Positions 42,802 through 55,649 are shown, counted from the stretch's first letter. The stretch is 64,000 nucleotides of DNA from Kofleriaceae bacterium (GCA_965215005.1 CBDCCZ010000012.1:128001-192000), one strand, 5' to 3'. The notes: a model not told the origin generated them from the sequence alone. A program made the numbers and translations.

Positions 42802-43506
42802 TCAACGCTGTCGTGCGTGGCGCAGCCAAAACCGACCCATTTCCCACATCGTCTTGGCGATGACGCGCGGCTTATAGACGCCGCTCATGCCGGCTTTGCG
42901 CGGCAAGCATTTGGCCTCGACATGCACCACGCGGGCGCCGCGAGCGCGGGCGCGCACGAAGATTTCGGTGCACATGAACACGCCGTCGGAGTCGATGGGC
43001 ATCCCGTCGAAGAGCTCGCGCCGATAGAGATAGAGGAAGTTGAAGTCGTCGTAGTCGTGCAGGCCAAACAACCGCTGCGCGAGCTCGATGTAGACCTTGG
43101 AGCTCAAGAGTCGCATCGGCGTATAGCCGGGACGATCGGAGCGGCTGCCGATGACGATGTCGGCCTCGTCCAAGAGCGGGATGAACTGCGCCACCTCGGC
43201 AAAGTCGAGCTGCTGGTCGGCGGCGTGAAAGCAGATGACCTCGTTTCGAGAGTTGCGGATGCCGGTGAGAATCGCGGTTCCAGGGCCGAGGTTCTTCGGA
43301 TGGCGGATGACGAGCACCTCGTCGTAGCGGCGCTCCAGCTCCGCGGCGATTCGCGCGGTGCCGTCGGTCGAGCCATCGTCGACGAGCAAGATCTCAAACT
43401 GCCGATCGCCGAACGCGCTGAGCTCGCGATGAACGTCCGCCACCGCCTCTTCGAGGGTCTCTTCCTCGTTGTACGCAAGGATCGTGCAGCTCACCGAACG
43501 GGCCAT
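42802..43506 (-). CDS. Glycosyltransferase family 2 (DPM synthase-like)
   Basis: AYNEEETL, LVDDGSTDGT, NLGPG.A, ADQQ, DIVIGSR. Confidence 0.92.
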   Translation of the reverse strand: MARSVSCTILAYNEEETLEEAVADVHRELSAFGDRQFEILLVDDGSTDGTARIAAELERRYDEVLVIRHPKNLGPGTAILTGIRNSRNEVICFHAADQQLDFAEVAQFIPLLDEADIVIGSRSDRPGYTPMRLLSSKVYIELAQRLFGLHDYDDFNFLYLYRRELFDGMPIDSDGVFMCTEIFVRARARGARVVHVEAKCLPRKAGMSGVYKPRVIAKTMWEMGRFWLRHARQR

Positions 43507-43556
43507 CCGCCGATGGTACGCCACCTTTAGGACAACTCGCGAGCGAGCCTTCGCAG

Positions 43557-44387
43557 CTATCCGCCGGTCTCGAGAAGCGCCAGCAAGTCGGTGAGCGAGG
43601 CGATTCGTGCGCTCGCGGTTGGCGCGGCGGCGTCGGTCACGGCAACGAGCTCGAGCCGGATTTCTGGCGGCAACAATCGCCGCGCATCGGCCACCGCCCC
43701 AGCGTCCCGCCAGCTATCCCCCACATACCAAACGCGCATAAACTGCGCGCGGCCGCCGCGGGATTCATGACGCAGCAATCCGCCGTCCCGAGGCGGGGCA
43801 AGGGCGGCAAATTTCCGCTGCTCACGTGCCTCCTTCGGCGTCTCCCCAAGCGCTTGTTGCTTTGCTAGCGGTTCACGACTTGCGCGATGAACCACTAGCT
43901 GCTCGATGGCGCTAGCCAAACCGCGGCCATCGGGTTTGGGCGCGGGCGCATCGTCGCGACTCATGCACACGGTAAACGCGGCTTCAATGCCCGCCGCGGC
44001 CAACGCCGGCGCCACGCAGGCGCGACCGTTGTTGGTCACGATTCCAAGAAGCACGCCGCGGGCGGCCAACGTCGCAACCACCGAGGCACCCGGACGCGGA
44101 CGCGCGCGCGCCGCAGCAACGCGCTCGGCGTCGCCGATGAGCTGCCACGCAGCGCGCACCAGCTCTCGCTGCTCGTGCGCCTCGGAGCTCGCCAGCGTGG
44201 CCGCTTCTTCGATGCGCTCCAGCAGCGGCCGCATCTCGAGCACCACCCCGCGCGCCGCAAACAGCGCCGCCACCGCCGCTCGAGTCGGCTCGATGGCAAC
44301 CGGCAGCTCGAGCAGCGTGCCGTCGAGGTCAAAGAGGACCGCGACGTTGCCGCCGTAATGAGCCCTAGCGCTGCCGCCACCGATCAC
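43557..44387 (-). CDS. HAD family hydrolase carrying an in-frame insertion
   Basis: LFDLDGTL, GIVTNN, KPD, YVGDS. 54 aa lie between EQL and VWYVGD. Confidence 0.88.
   Translation of the reverse strand: MIGGGSARAHYGGNVAVLFDLDGTLLELPVAIEPTRAAVAALFAARGVVLEMRPLLERIEEAATLASSEAHEQRELVRAAWQLIGDAERVAAARARPRPGASVVATLAARGVLLGIVTNNGRACVAPALAAAGIEAAFTVCMSRDDAPAPKPDGRGLASAIEQLVVHRASREPLAKQQALGETPKEAREQRKFAALAPPRDGGLLRHESRGGRAQFMRVWYVGDSWRDAGAVADARRLLPPEIRLELVAVTDAAAPTASARIASLTDLLALLETGG
43745..43898 (-). repeat. CTAG-bounded palindromic element, copy 2 (intragenic, in frame)
   Basis: Minus strand CTAGTGGTTCATCGCGCAAGTCGTGAACCGCTAGCAAAGCAACAAGCGCTT aligns with 16124-16175. Left boundary approximate. Confidence 0.75.
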
Positions 44388-45472
44388 GCGTCGGGCAAGC
44401 CCGCGGTGGGAAAGGCATCAAAGCCGGATTCGCCGCGCACCGCCACCGGGCCGCAGTCCAGAGTGCGCACCCAATACACCTCCGGCTCGACCACCGCGTG
44501 GGGATCGGCGGCGGGCTCGCTGTCGTCGCCTCGTGCCATGGAGACCAGCAGCCATGGAAAATTGTAGCCCGCTTCGGTGTAGGCCATGACGGTGGTCCCA
44601 CAGCGGCCAGCGTTGATTTCGGTGACTCGCGGATGGCCTTCGGCATCGCCTTTGAGGTCGACGAAGTACACGCCGTGCGGCTTGGAATCAATGGCTCGGA
44701 CCGCGCGCTCGCCGAGCGCTGCGACGTCGGGTCGGACGACGGTGCGGCTCACCGCCGGCGCTCCGGTGACGCCCGAGGGCGAGACGTGCGGCAGCACGTA
44801 CTCGAGACGCTCGCGCACACCGCTCGCGATGAGGACGCCATGGGCAAAGCCAGCCATCCAGCTGGAGTTGGCGCCCGGCAAGTACTCGCTGGCGGCCATG
44901 CGACCCCAGCCGCGATGGTGCTCGACCCACGCCCGCGCGATGCCGCGGTCGGTGCAGGGCAAGGCGGCGCCGCCGAGCCCGCGACCGGGCGCGCCGCTGC
45001 CGCGCACCCACACCCGCCCGTCTGTGCCGCCGAGCTCGGCAAACGCGCGCTCGAGATCACTGTCGGCGTGGAGCTCGATGGTGCGCGGAACCGCAACGCC
45101 TGCGGCATTCAGTCGGCGCTGCGTCGCCGCTTTGTCATCGCAGATGGCAATGACCTCGGGCGAAGGCAACGCGGTGCCCACTGTGAGCGCGCCAGTGGCG
45201 ATGAGCTCTGCGACAGCGAACACCTCCACGGGATGCGTGGGAACGATGACGTCGATGCGCTCGCGGGCGATGAGCTCCACGAGCGCCTCGCGGTAGTCAC
45301 GGCCAGTGCGAGCCAAGGGAATCCGGTAGGTCTGATCGCACTCCGAAAGCGGCAGGTGCCAGCGGTTGGCATCGGTTCCGATCAGGCGAAGGGGCTCGGG
45401 CGCGCGCCGCAGCGAACGGGTCAAGTTGACGCCGAGCGGCCCGCCGGCGCCGGTGATGAGAACCGTGGTCAT
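44384..45472 (-). CDS. ATP-grasp domain protein (carbamoyl-phosphate synthase/PylC-like fold)
   Basis: VLITGAGG, IDVIVP, ICDDK, VPRT, SEYLPG, TEINAGR. Confidence 0.85.
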   Translation of the reverse strand: MTTVLITGAGGPLGVNLTRSLRRAPEPLRLIGTDANRWHLPLSECDQTYRIPLARTGRDYREALVELIARERIDVIVPTHPVEVFAVAELIATGALTVGTALPSPEVIAICDDKAATQRRLNAAGVAVPRTIELHADSDLERAFAELGGTDGRVWVRGSGAPGRGLGGAALPCTDRGIARAWVEHHRGWGRMAASEYLPGANSSWMAGFAHGVLIASGVRERLEYVLPHVSPSGVTGAPAVSRTVVRPDVAALGERAVRAIDSKPHGVYFVDLKGDAEGHPRVTEINAGRCGTTVMAYTEAGYNFPWLLVSMARGDDSEPAADPHAVVEPEVYWVRTLDCGPVAVRGESGFDAFPTAGLPDA

Positions 45473-46224
45473 GGCTCGAGCGGCGCTCCAAAAAGCTCGC
45501 GCGCGTTGTCGCCCAAGATGCGCCGCTTGTCGCGCTCCGGCAGCGCCATGCCGGCCACCGCGCCGAGGTACATCAGCGGGTGCGCCAAGCCATAGTCGGA
45601 GCCCATCAGATACCGTTCAGCGCCCAGCAGCGCCACGTTGCGCTCGATGACCCAGTATTCGCGCACGCCCGAGAACTCGAACCACACGTTATCGAGCTTC
45701 TCGCGCGCCACCAGCTCGGCAGCGGCGGTGGCTAGCGGCGGCGTGTCACCTCCGGCGTGCGCCAAGATGAAGCGTACCCGCGGCCGCGCCTTGGCCGCCT
45801 CGACGGCGAACCGATAGCTGGCGATCTCTTGCCAGCGACCGCAATGCACCAGGATGGCCAGATTTTCAGCCTCGGCGAGCTCGAGAGCGGGACCAAACGC
45901 CGCATCGGTGAGGCGCGCTCGCGACAACGATGGATGGATTTTCAGCCCGGTGAGATGACCGGCGTTGGCGTCCGCCCAGTCGAGATCGCCGGTGTCCGGG
46001 CGCACCCACGCAAACATCCAGAGGGCGCCTCGCCACCCCGCCGCCAACACCGCGCGCGCCTCGGCGAGCAGACCCGCATTGTCGCAACGATCGGTGGTCA
46101 TGATGCCCGCTCCGGCAATGCCGGCGTCATCGAGCACCTCGACCACATCCTTCATGCTCACCGCGCGGCCGAGAAAGTCCGCGTGGCTCCACTCTCCAAC
46201 GTGAATATGCGCATCGATGATCAT
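45469..46224 (-). CDS. Amidohydrolase family (TIM-barrel metallohydrolase)
   Basis: IIDAHIH, GLKIHP, ILVHCG, ILAHAG, LMGSDY. Confidence 0.9.
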   Translation of the reverse strand: MIIDAHIHVGEWSHADFLGRAVSMKDVVEVLDDAGIAGAGIMTTDRCDNAGLLAEARAVLAAGWRGALWMFAWVRPDTGDLDWADANAGHLTGLKIHPSLSRARLTDAAFGPALELAEAENLAILVHCGRWQEIASYRFAVEAAKARPRVRFILAHAGGDTPPLATAAAELVAREKLDNVWFEFSGVREYWVIERNVALLGAERYLMGSDYGLAHPLMYLGAVAGMALPERDKRRILGDNARELFGAPLEP

Positions 46225-46264
46225 GCGTGTGGGCCCCCTGCCGCTAATCACGTTCACCGGCGAA

Positions 46265-46296
46265 GGTTCGCGACGCAAGTCGCAAGCCGCGCAAAA
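46265..46296 (+). repeat. Degenerate copy of the palindromic element hairpin
   Basis: GGTTCGCGAC-GCAA-GTCGCAAGCCGCGCAAA resembles the core of copies 1 and 2. Confidence 0.5.
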
Positions 46297-46493
46297 CGCC
46301 AGCGATGGCCGCGAGACGCTGGCGATACCGCCATCCGCGGGCATTGCTGCGACCTCGCCCGCATCGCACCGCACGGGCTCCTGCGGCGTGGGGCGCGTCC
46401 GCGACCTCTACCGGCACTCACTCAATTACAAGCGATCATCGGCAGACGCTCGGCAGCCGTGCGCAGCCCGTTGCAGCGCGCGAACTTGCGGCG

Positions 46494-49220
<2,727 letters not shown>

Positions 49221-49294
49221 TGCGGCATCCTGGTGTTGATCCGTTGCGAGCAGCGTCGTCCCCCTTACACGGGGGTACCCTCCAACGAAACGAC

Positions 49295-49303
49295 AGTATA
49301 GCA
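49295..49303 (-). promoter_or_regulatory. Extended -10 promoter of the kinase gene
   Basis: TGCTATACT on the minus strand, about 75 nt upstream of GTG 49220. Confidence 0.45.
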
Positions 49304-49451
49304 ACTCCAGGGCGTGGGCCAGAGAAAACCCAACCTGAGGTAGGACTTCCCCTCACAGCAACGAACCGAAGAATGACGACGGCTTAGCGCAACCGCGCGC
49401 CGCTCCTGACAGACGTCCGAGCCGGGAGCGCGGCGCCCTCGCCGCACCCAC

Positions 49452-50852
49452 TCAGTGTTGCGCAAGCGCTTGTGCCGGCTGCATCCGCGCCGCACGACGA
49501 GCTGGCAAAAAGCCGCCGAGCACGCAAAAAACCACCGAAAACCCGAGGCCGACGGCTAGAATCCACGGCCGAAAATCGAAGTAGGTCTCGGGCTTAAACG
49601 GAAATGACGGCAACCACGCTGCCGATGCCGCGTCCACCGCCAGCCCCGCCACCAGCGCGACGCCGATTCCCAACACCCCACCGGCGATGCCGATCAGCGC
49701 CGACTCGCCCAGGACAATCAGGCGAACATCGACCTGCGTGGCGCCAACCGCCCGCAACACCCCGATCTCGCGGCGCCGCTCGGAGACCTGCATGAAGAAG
49801 TTATGGGCGATGTTGATCGCCGAGATGATCACGATGATGAACGAGATCAAAATGAAGAGCAGCGTCACCACGAAGATCGCCGTGGCAAAGCGCTCGCCCA
49901 GCGAATCTTCCAGGCGTAGATCGAGCTCGTCTTGCAGCCAGGCGGAAAACGGTGTGATGGCGTCTTGACCGCTGAGACGCACCACGATGGAAGAATAAGA
50001 GCTGGCCGCCGCTTGCCCCACGAACTCCGCATTCCAACGCTCGACGTACTGAATGGGAACCGTCATGCCGATGGGCATGGCCTTGTCGCTGATGCCGATG
50101 AGCATGCCCTGCACGTCGCGTTGCTTAGCGGGATCGATGCCTTTGGAACCGGCGACCATGGTGTCCCCTAAGCCGATGTAGAAGCGCATCGCGCTGAGGC
50201 CGCGCTTGACCACCATCGAGGTGACGCTATCGATCAACGGCAAGCCGTGCGAGCTGGCAAACTGGCCGTTGTACAGCTCGAGTAGCGTCGGCGAGATGAT
50301 CACCGGCACCCGGTGATGGCAGCGCAGATCATCGAGCTGACAGTACAGCTGCGCACCCTCGCAGCTGTACTGCGGCGGCGGACCGCACGGAGCTCGGGTT
50401 GCGGCCAGCTCCGAGGCCTCCCAGTCCTTAAACAGCGCGGCCCACTCCTGGTCTTGCACGAACTCTGGATGGATGCCGTCGGCGAAGCCTCCCACCTCGA
50501 AGCGCAACTCTTGGCCCTCGAACCGTCCGCGCCCACTTGCCGGAAACGCCACCGCCATGCGCGGCATCGCCGAGCTGACCTCCGGGCGCGCGCGAATCTT
50601 CTCGACGATGGCGTCGTCGAGCTGCTTGCTCATGTCCACGCCTACCAGCGAAGCGCGCGGCGCGATCACCTTGACCTCGTCGATGGGGAAGATCTCGCCC
50701 AACACCACGTTGCGCACCCCCATCGACAGCGCGAGAAAAAACACGAACGACGCGATGCCGATGACGATGCCAAACGCCGACAGCACGAACTGCCGCGGGC
50801 TGCGGAGAGTGTTGGCGACGACGATGCGTGCCAGCTTTGCGACGGGCATCAT
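49452..50852 (-). CDS. ABC transporter permease, MacB/FtsX family
   Basis: LSAFGIVIGIA, large periplasmic domain, VSERRREIGVLRAVGA, LPARRAARMQPAQAL. Confidence 0.93.
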   Translation of the reverse strand: MMPVAKLARIVVANTLRSPRQFVLSAFGIVIGIASFVFFLALSMGVRNVVLGEIFPIDEVKVIAPRASLVGVDMSKQLDDAIVEKIRARPEVSSAMPRMAVAFPASGRGRFEGQELRFEVGGFADGIHPEFVQDQEWAALFKDWEASELAATRAPCGPPPQYSCEGAQLYCQLDDLRCHHRVPVIISPTLLELYNGQFASSHGLPLIDSVTSMVVKRGLSAMRFYIGLGDTMVAGSKGIDPAKQRDVQGMLIGISDKAMPIGMTVPIQYVERWNAEFVGQAAASSYSSIVVRLSGQDAITPFSAWLQDELDLRLEDSLGERFATAIFVVTLLFILISFIIVIISAINIAHNFFMQVSERRREIGVLRAVGATQVDVRLIVLGESALIGIAGGVLGIGVALVAGLAVDAASAAWLPSFPFKPETYFDFRPWILAVGLGFSVVFCVLGGFLPARRAARMQPAQALAQH

Positions 50853-51610
50853 GCCGGACCTGCCGCTCCGGCCAGGAGGTGGTCTTCGAGATCCTCCACG
50901 AGCACACCATCGCGGATGCCGATGATTCGATCGGCGACCCCGGAAATGCGTTGCTCGTGGGTGACGATGACGAGCGTGACGCCGTCGTTGCGATTGAGCT
51001 CGCGGAAGAAGTCGATGATTTCTCCACCCGTATGAGAGTCGAGGTTGCCCGTGGGCTCGTCGCAAAGCAGCAGCGTTGGGGAGGAAAACAGCGCCCGCGC
51101 GATGGCGACCCGCTGCTTCTGCCCGCCTGATAGCTCCGCTGGACGTCGAGCGGCATAGTCGGCCAAGCCGACTCGGCGCAGCGCATCCATACCGCGGTCT
51201 GCAGCGCCACCGCCGCCGGCGGCAAATGTGGCGGGTAAGGTCACGTTGCCAAGGCAGGTGAGATGGTCGAGAAGATTGAAGGCTTGGAACACAAAGCCGA
51301 TCTCGCGGTTGCGAATGCGCGCCAGCTCCGACTCGCTGGTCTTGGCGTAGTCGCGACCGAGCACGAACACCTCACCGCCATCGGCGTGATCGAGTCCGCC
51401 GATGATGTTGAGAAGGGTCGATTTTCCAGACCCGGACTGGCCGACCAACGCGAGAAACTCGCCCCGACGAACCTCAAGCGAAATGCCTTTGAGGACCGCC
51501 GCGCGCGCCACGCCTTTGCCATAGGTCTTGGTGACCTCGCGGAGGCGAATCATCGGTGCGTCGCCGCGCGAGGGCGAAGCGCCTCGCGTATCGAGCGTGG
51601 AGTCTGCCAC
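50849..51610 (-). CDS. ABC transporter ATP-binding protein (LolD/MacB-type)
   Basis: [42 protein letters not shown]. Confidence 0.96.
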   Translation of the reverse strand: MADSTLDTRGASPSRGDAPMIRLREVTKTYGKGVARAAVLKGISLEVRRGEFLALVGQSGSGKSTLLNIIGGLDHADGGEVFVLGRDYAKTSESELARIRNREIGFVFQAFNLLDHLTCLGNVTLPATFAAGGGGAADRGMDALRRVGLADYAARRPAELSGGQKQRVAIARALFSSPTLLLCDEPTGNLDSHTGGEIIDFFRELNRNDGVTLVIVTHEQRISGVADRIIGIRDGVLVEDLEDHLLAGAAGPA

Positions 51611-51662
51611 CGGCTTGGGACGCTAGCATAGCCGGCGCTATCGTGCCGCGCGCGGCAGCAGC

Positions 51663-53135
51663 TCATCGTTTGGTTGCGAGGCGAGCGAAGAGCCGCCCAT
51701 CGAGCACTGAAGCGCTCGCACTCAGCTGCCGAAAGCGTTGCAGACGCCTGGCCAACGCGGCGGCATCGACGTAGGTGCCCGTGGCCGACGCCGCTTCGGC
51801 GATGAGCTCCTCGAGATTGCCGATCGCTTGCGGCTGCAGCTGCACCGCCGCCAGCTCGAGCTCACCGGCGCGCGCGGGCGCCAGGCCGCTAGCCAATGCG
51901 GCGTCGAGCGCGCCTCGACCGACACCCACGAGCAGCGTGCTGCCGTCGAGGCGATAGCCGACCGGCGGCAGTAGCGGCACCGATAGCCGGCGCACCGCAA
52001 CCTCGCCGATGCGGTCAGAGCGCTCGAACAAGCGCCGCTGGGGGATCTCGTCCAGCAGCGCGCTGATCAGCGCCGGATCGCGCGCGATCACATAGGCGGC
52101 GAGCCAGCCATCGAGCGAGCGCGGCGCCAAGCTGCGTATCACTATATGAGCTGCTCGCGGGGTGTCGCCGAGCTCGAGCGCCGGCAGCGTCTGTGCACAA
52201 GCGCTTGCGCGGCGCTGCTGCTCGAGCCAAGCGAGGTCGATGCCGAGCGAAACATCCATCGGCACCTGTTGGCGAAGAGCCAGAATTCCAGCCGGAGGCG
52301 GCGGTGGCGCGGCATCTGCCAGAGCCAGCGCCGCTTCCGGCGCCAGAGGCGCAACCAGCGAGACCGTAAGCGCGCCGCCCTGCTCATCGATGGCGATTCC
52401 CGCGGGCCCGCGGGTCGCCGTAGCAACGGCCGCCGCACACGGCTCGCCGAGCCGCGAGAGGTCGATCATGCCGAGCACGTCGGGCAGCTCATCCTGGCGC
52501 GGCGCCACCTCGGCGATGGCGCGGGCGAAGCGCTCCGTGACGGCGATGCCGGGGCTATCAGCGGCCGCCACCGCGGTGGCCCATGCCGGCTCGACGCCAG
52601 GCACATCGACGTGCACCAGGACCCATTGCTCGGTGTGCGCCCAGCTGACCTCGAGCGGACCCGCGCTGACGCGCGCGAGCTCAATGCTGCCAAGCGAGCT
52701 CACGGTGGCAGCGCGGGAGTCGAGGAATTCGCGCAACGCCTGCCGGTTCGCGAGGTGGAATCCCGCCGTTGGCGACTGCTCGGTGGCAAACACGACCGCG
52801 CTCGCCTCGACCGCAATGCCGATCGCAGCAAGCTCGTCGGGGGCGGTAAAATCAACCCCCGTGAGCTGTCGCAGCGCGGCCACCACCGCGGCTCCCTCGT
52901 CGGTGATCGAGGCTACGGCGGCGAGCTCGCCGAAGGCTCGCGCCGCATCGCTGGCGCTCGCAGCGGCTAGCACATAGCTGGCGTCCGCCGGCACCCACCG
53001 CAGCGCCGGCCGATCGCGCTCGAGCGGCGAGAGCGGCGCACTGTTTGCGGTGGCGCCGGGGCCGCCTCCGAGTGAGCGCGAGGACGGACCGCCGCAGCCG
53101 AGGCACGAGACGACGAGAATCAGCCAAAGACGCAT
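51663..53135 (-). CDS. Hypothetical lipoprotein
   Basis: MRLWLILVVSCLGC lipobox-like N-terminus, 490-aa ORF. Confidence 0.65.
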   Translation of the reverse strand: MRLWLILVVSCLGCGGPSSRSLGGGPGATANSAPLSPLERDRPALRWVPADASYVLAAASASDAARAFGELAAVASITDEGAAVVAALRQLTGVDFTAPDELAAIGIAVEASAVVFATEQSPTAGFHLANRQALREFLDSRAATVSSLGSIELARVSAGPLEVSWAHTEQWVLVHVDVPGVEPAWATAVAAADSPGIAVTERFARAIAEVAPRQDELPDVLGMIDLSRLGEPCAAAVATATRGPAGIAIDEQGGALTVSLVAPLAPEAALALADAAPPPPPAGILALRQQVPMDVSLGIDLAWLEQQRRASACAQTLPALELGDTPRAAHIVIRSLAPRSLDGWLAAYVIARDPALISALLDEIPQRRLFERSDRIGEVAVRRLSVPLLPPVGYRLDGSTLLVGVGRGALDAALASGLAPARAGELELAAVQLQPQAIGNLEELIAEAASATGTYVDAAALARRLQRFRQLSASASVLDGRLFARLATKR

Positions 53136-53341
53136 GCCCCGATGCTACTCGCTGCGCTCGCGCCGCGCTGCTGCCGGCGGGCGATCCTATGGCAGTCGGC
53201 GGCGCAACCGCGCGCCGCGCTCGCCGATACAACTTGGCAGTCCATGCAACAGGAGCTCACTATGAAACCGCCAGACGTCGCTACGACTGCGCCCATCCCG
53301 CTTTACACGCCACCGCACCCCCTCCGTAACAGGAGCCGCCC

Positions 53342-53605
53342 ATGACCGCCCGCTCCGTCGCCGGAAGCGCCCGCAGCCGTCCGGAAGCAGTCGCGCTCAT
53401 CGAGGCAAAGCTCGAGGCCGGGCAATTGACGGCCGCGCAAGCGGCTGAGATGCTCATCGAAGTCATCGTTCAACACGTTCTTCCCAAGGAGGCGCCCCCA
53501 TCGGTCAAGCGAGAGCTCACGTCGCTCCTCACCGAGCTCACCGAAACCTGTCCCGCTCTCGCCTCTCAAATCGCCGAGTTGGTGCCTCGCCATATGCTTT
53601 CGTGA
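53342..53605 (+). CDS. Small hypothetical helical protein
   Basis: AGGAG SD, GTGA overlap with the next gene. Confidence 0.5.
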   Translation: MTARSVAGSARSRPEAVALIEAKLEAGQLTAAQAAEMLIEVIVQHVLPKEAPPSVKRELTSLLTELTETCPALASQIAELVPRHMLS

Positions 53606-54906
53606 CGTTGCTCTTCCCTTGCCCCAGCGCGCTTTGCCGTGCGGTCGGTCGCGCTGCCGTAGCGGCGCTGCTGATGCTCGTGCTGTGCGCGCCCCGCGTT
53701 GCTCTTAGCGACTCAGAGCCGGCGATCCCCGTCGCGGTGTTCGTGATGCCGCCGGGCGATGCGATGGCGCCGGCGCGACGCGCCACGGTGCTTCTCACCA
53801 TGGAAGATGCGCTGGCTGGGGATGCTCGACTCGAGGTCATCGATCGCGATCAGCAACTCGTGGCGCGCGCGGCCTCGCAGCAGCAACACACCGCCGCCGC
53901 CAAGGCTCGCGAGCACCTCGCGCGCGGAGAAGAGCTGGTGCGCGCCGGACGCGTCGAAGCCGCGCTCCCGCGCCTGCGCCAGGCAGCCGCCCGACTCGCG
54001 CGCCTGCTGCCGCTCGTCGAGCCGCGTGAGCTCGCCCGCGCGCAGCTCGTGCTCGCTGCCGCCCACGCCGCAGCAGGCAACGCCCAACGCGCCACGGCGC
54101 AGCTGACTGAGCTCCTCACCTGGCGGCCCGACACTGAGCTCGATTCCTCGCTGGTGCCCCAGGCACTGGCGCCGCGGTGGCGCGAGGCGGAAGCGGCGGT
54201 GAGCGAGCTGGCGCGTGGCTCAATCGACATCCAGTCCCAGCCCGACGGCGTGCTCGCCTACGTCGATGGTCGCTTCGTCGGCTTCACCCCCACGGCCGTC
54301 GAAGACCTCGCTGTCGGCACCCACTACGTGACGCTCCGGCAGCTCGGCTTCCGCCGAGTCACCATGAAGGTAGAGGTGGAGGCCGCGGCGCCAGCGCGTG
54401 CCGCAGCCGTGCTTCAGCCTGCCCCCGGAGCCGAGAAATTGGCCGAAGCGCTGCGCAGCATCGCGGCAAGCGGCCTCGCTGCCGCCGAGGGGCCGGCAGA
54501 GCTGGCCACGCTGGCGAGCCTACTGGGCATTCGCCATGCGGTCTTCGTAGAGGTGCCGCTGCAGCCGGACGAGAAGCGCTATCGCGCGGTGGTGTATGAC
54601 GTGAAGAGCGGCCGACGGATCGCCTCGGCCACAGCGCCGGTGCGGGTCGAGCTCGAACCTGTGTTTGGGGAGCTGGCGCGTAGCCTGTACTCGGAGCTGT
54701 CGCTGGCGCCCGCCGCTACGCCCATTGTCAGGGATCGCAAGCGCGGCAAGACCCAGCCACCCATCTATCGCCGCTGGTGGTTCTGGACGGGCGCTGCCGC
54801 CATCGCCACCGTAGCCCTGGTACCGCTGTGGTTCGTGCTCGACGACGATGGTCCGAGCTGCCCGTCGGGCGCCGTCTGTGGCGACGTCATCTTGCATCGC
54901 TTCTGA
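53602..54906 (+). CDS. PEGA domain protein with C-terminal TM anchor
   Basis: SQPDGVLAYVDGRFVGFTP..GTHYV and PIYRRWWFWTG followed by a hydrophobic helix. Confidence 0.85.
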   Translation: MTLLFPCPSALCRAVGRAAVAALLMLVLCAPRVALSDSEPAIPVAVFVMPPGDAMAPARRATVLLTMEDALAGDARLEVIDRDQQLVARAASQQQHTAAAKAREHLARGEELVRAGRVEAALPRLRQAAARLARLLPLVEPRELARAQLVLAAAHAAAGNAQRATAQLTELLTWRPDTELDSSLVPQALAPRWREAEAAVSELARGSIDIQSQPDGVLAYVDGRFVGFTPTAVEDLAVGTHYVTLRQLGFRRVTMKVEVEAAAPARAAAVLQPAPGAEKLAEALRSIAASGLAAAEGPAELATLASLLGIRHAVFVEVPLQPDEKRYRAVVYDVKSGRRIASATAPVRVELEPVFGELARSLYSELSLAPAATPIVRDRKRGKTQPPIYRRWWFWTGAAAIATVALVPLWFVLDDDGPSCPSGAVCGDVILHRF

Positions 54907-54911
54907 CGGCG

Positions 54912-55586
54912 CTAATAGACCATGTCGCCGACGAAGATGTAGCCTTTCGCGGAACCCTTGGGACCGGTCATCTCCACGGGCACCTTGCTGTTTCCTTGCA
55001 CCACCAGCACCGAATGCGGCCGCGTCATCGGCCGGCCCTGCTCATCATAGAAGCCGGCGAGCACGATGACCTTGGCCTGCCGCGGCGCGGTGTTGACCAA
55101 GTAGCCGCTGACGACGACGCGATCGCGCACCTTGAAGATGTGGCCGTCGGTGACCACCAACGGCGGCTGATAATCTGGCTCGAACGCGCCCAGCACCTGT
55201 AGGCGCGCGCCGACCGCGGTGGGGTGCTCGGAGTCCTGCTCGTCGACCGGGGTGAACAGCCGCACGCCGCCCGCCGGCACCCGCAACGATTCGCTGCGCA
55301 GCGTTCCTACCGTCGCGCCGTTGGCATCGAGCAGCTCGCCGCCGAGGGTGACCATGGCGTCGCGGTCCGTGTGATTCTCGACATCGACCATGACGAAGGT
55401 GGCGCGATATTCGTGCTTGCCCGAGCCGACCACGTCATGCCGAATCCGCATCGTCTGGTCGACAATCTCGAGGCTGCTGCGGTCGATTTGCTTATCGGCC
55501 CACGACGACGGTCGCTCACAGGCCACCGCCGCGGGCAGCAGAGCCATCAACCAAGCGACGCGCAGAAGGGGCCAGAGGCGCTTCAT
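54912..55586 (-). CDS. Hypothetical lipoprotein with two FxLYD-like beta-sandwich domains
   Basis: AVAC lipobox, ELLDANG and GFYDEQG motifs. Confidence 0.6.
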   Translation of the reverse strand: MKRLWPLLRVAWLMALLPAAVACERPSSWADKQIDRSSLEIVDQTMRIRHDVVGSGKHEYRATFVMVDVENHTDRDAMVTLGGELLDANGATVGTLRSESLRVPAGGVRLFTPVDEQDSEHPTAVGARLQVLGAFEPDYQPPLVVTDGHIFKVRDRVVVSGYLVNTAPRQAKVIVLAGFYDEQGRPMTRPHSVLVVQGNSKVPVEMTGPKGSAKGYIFVGDMVY

Positions 55587-55649
55587 CGACCCGAGTATGA
55601 ACGATTGAATCCGCCGCCCCGCCGCCGGCGAGCTGGCTGGTGGAGACCG

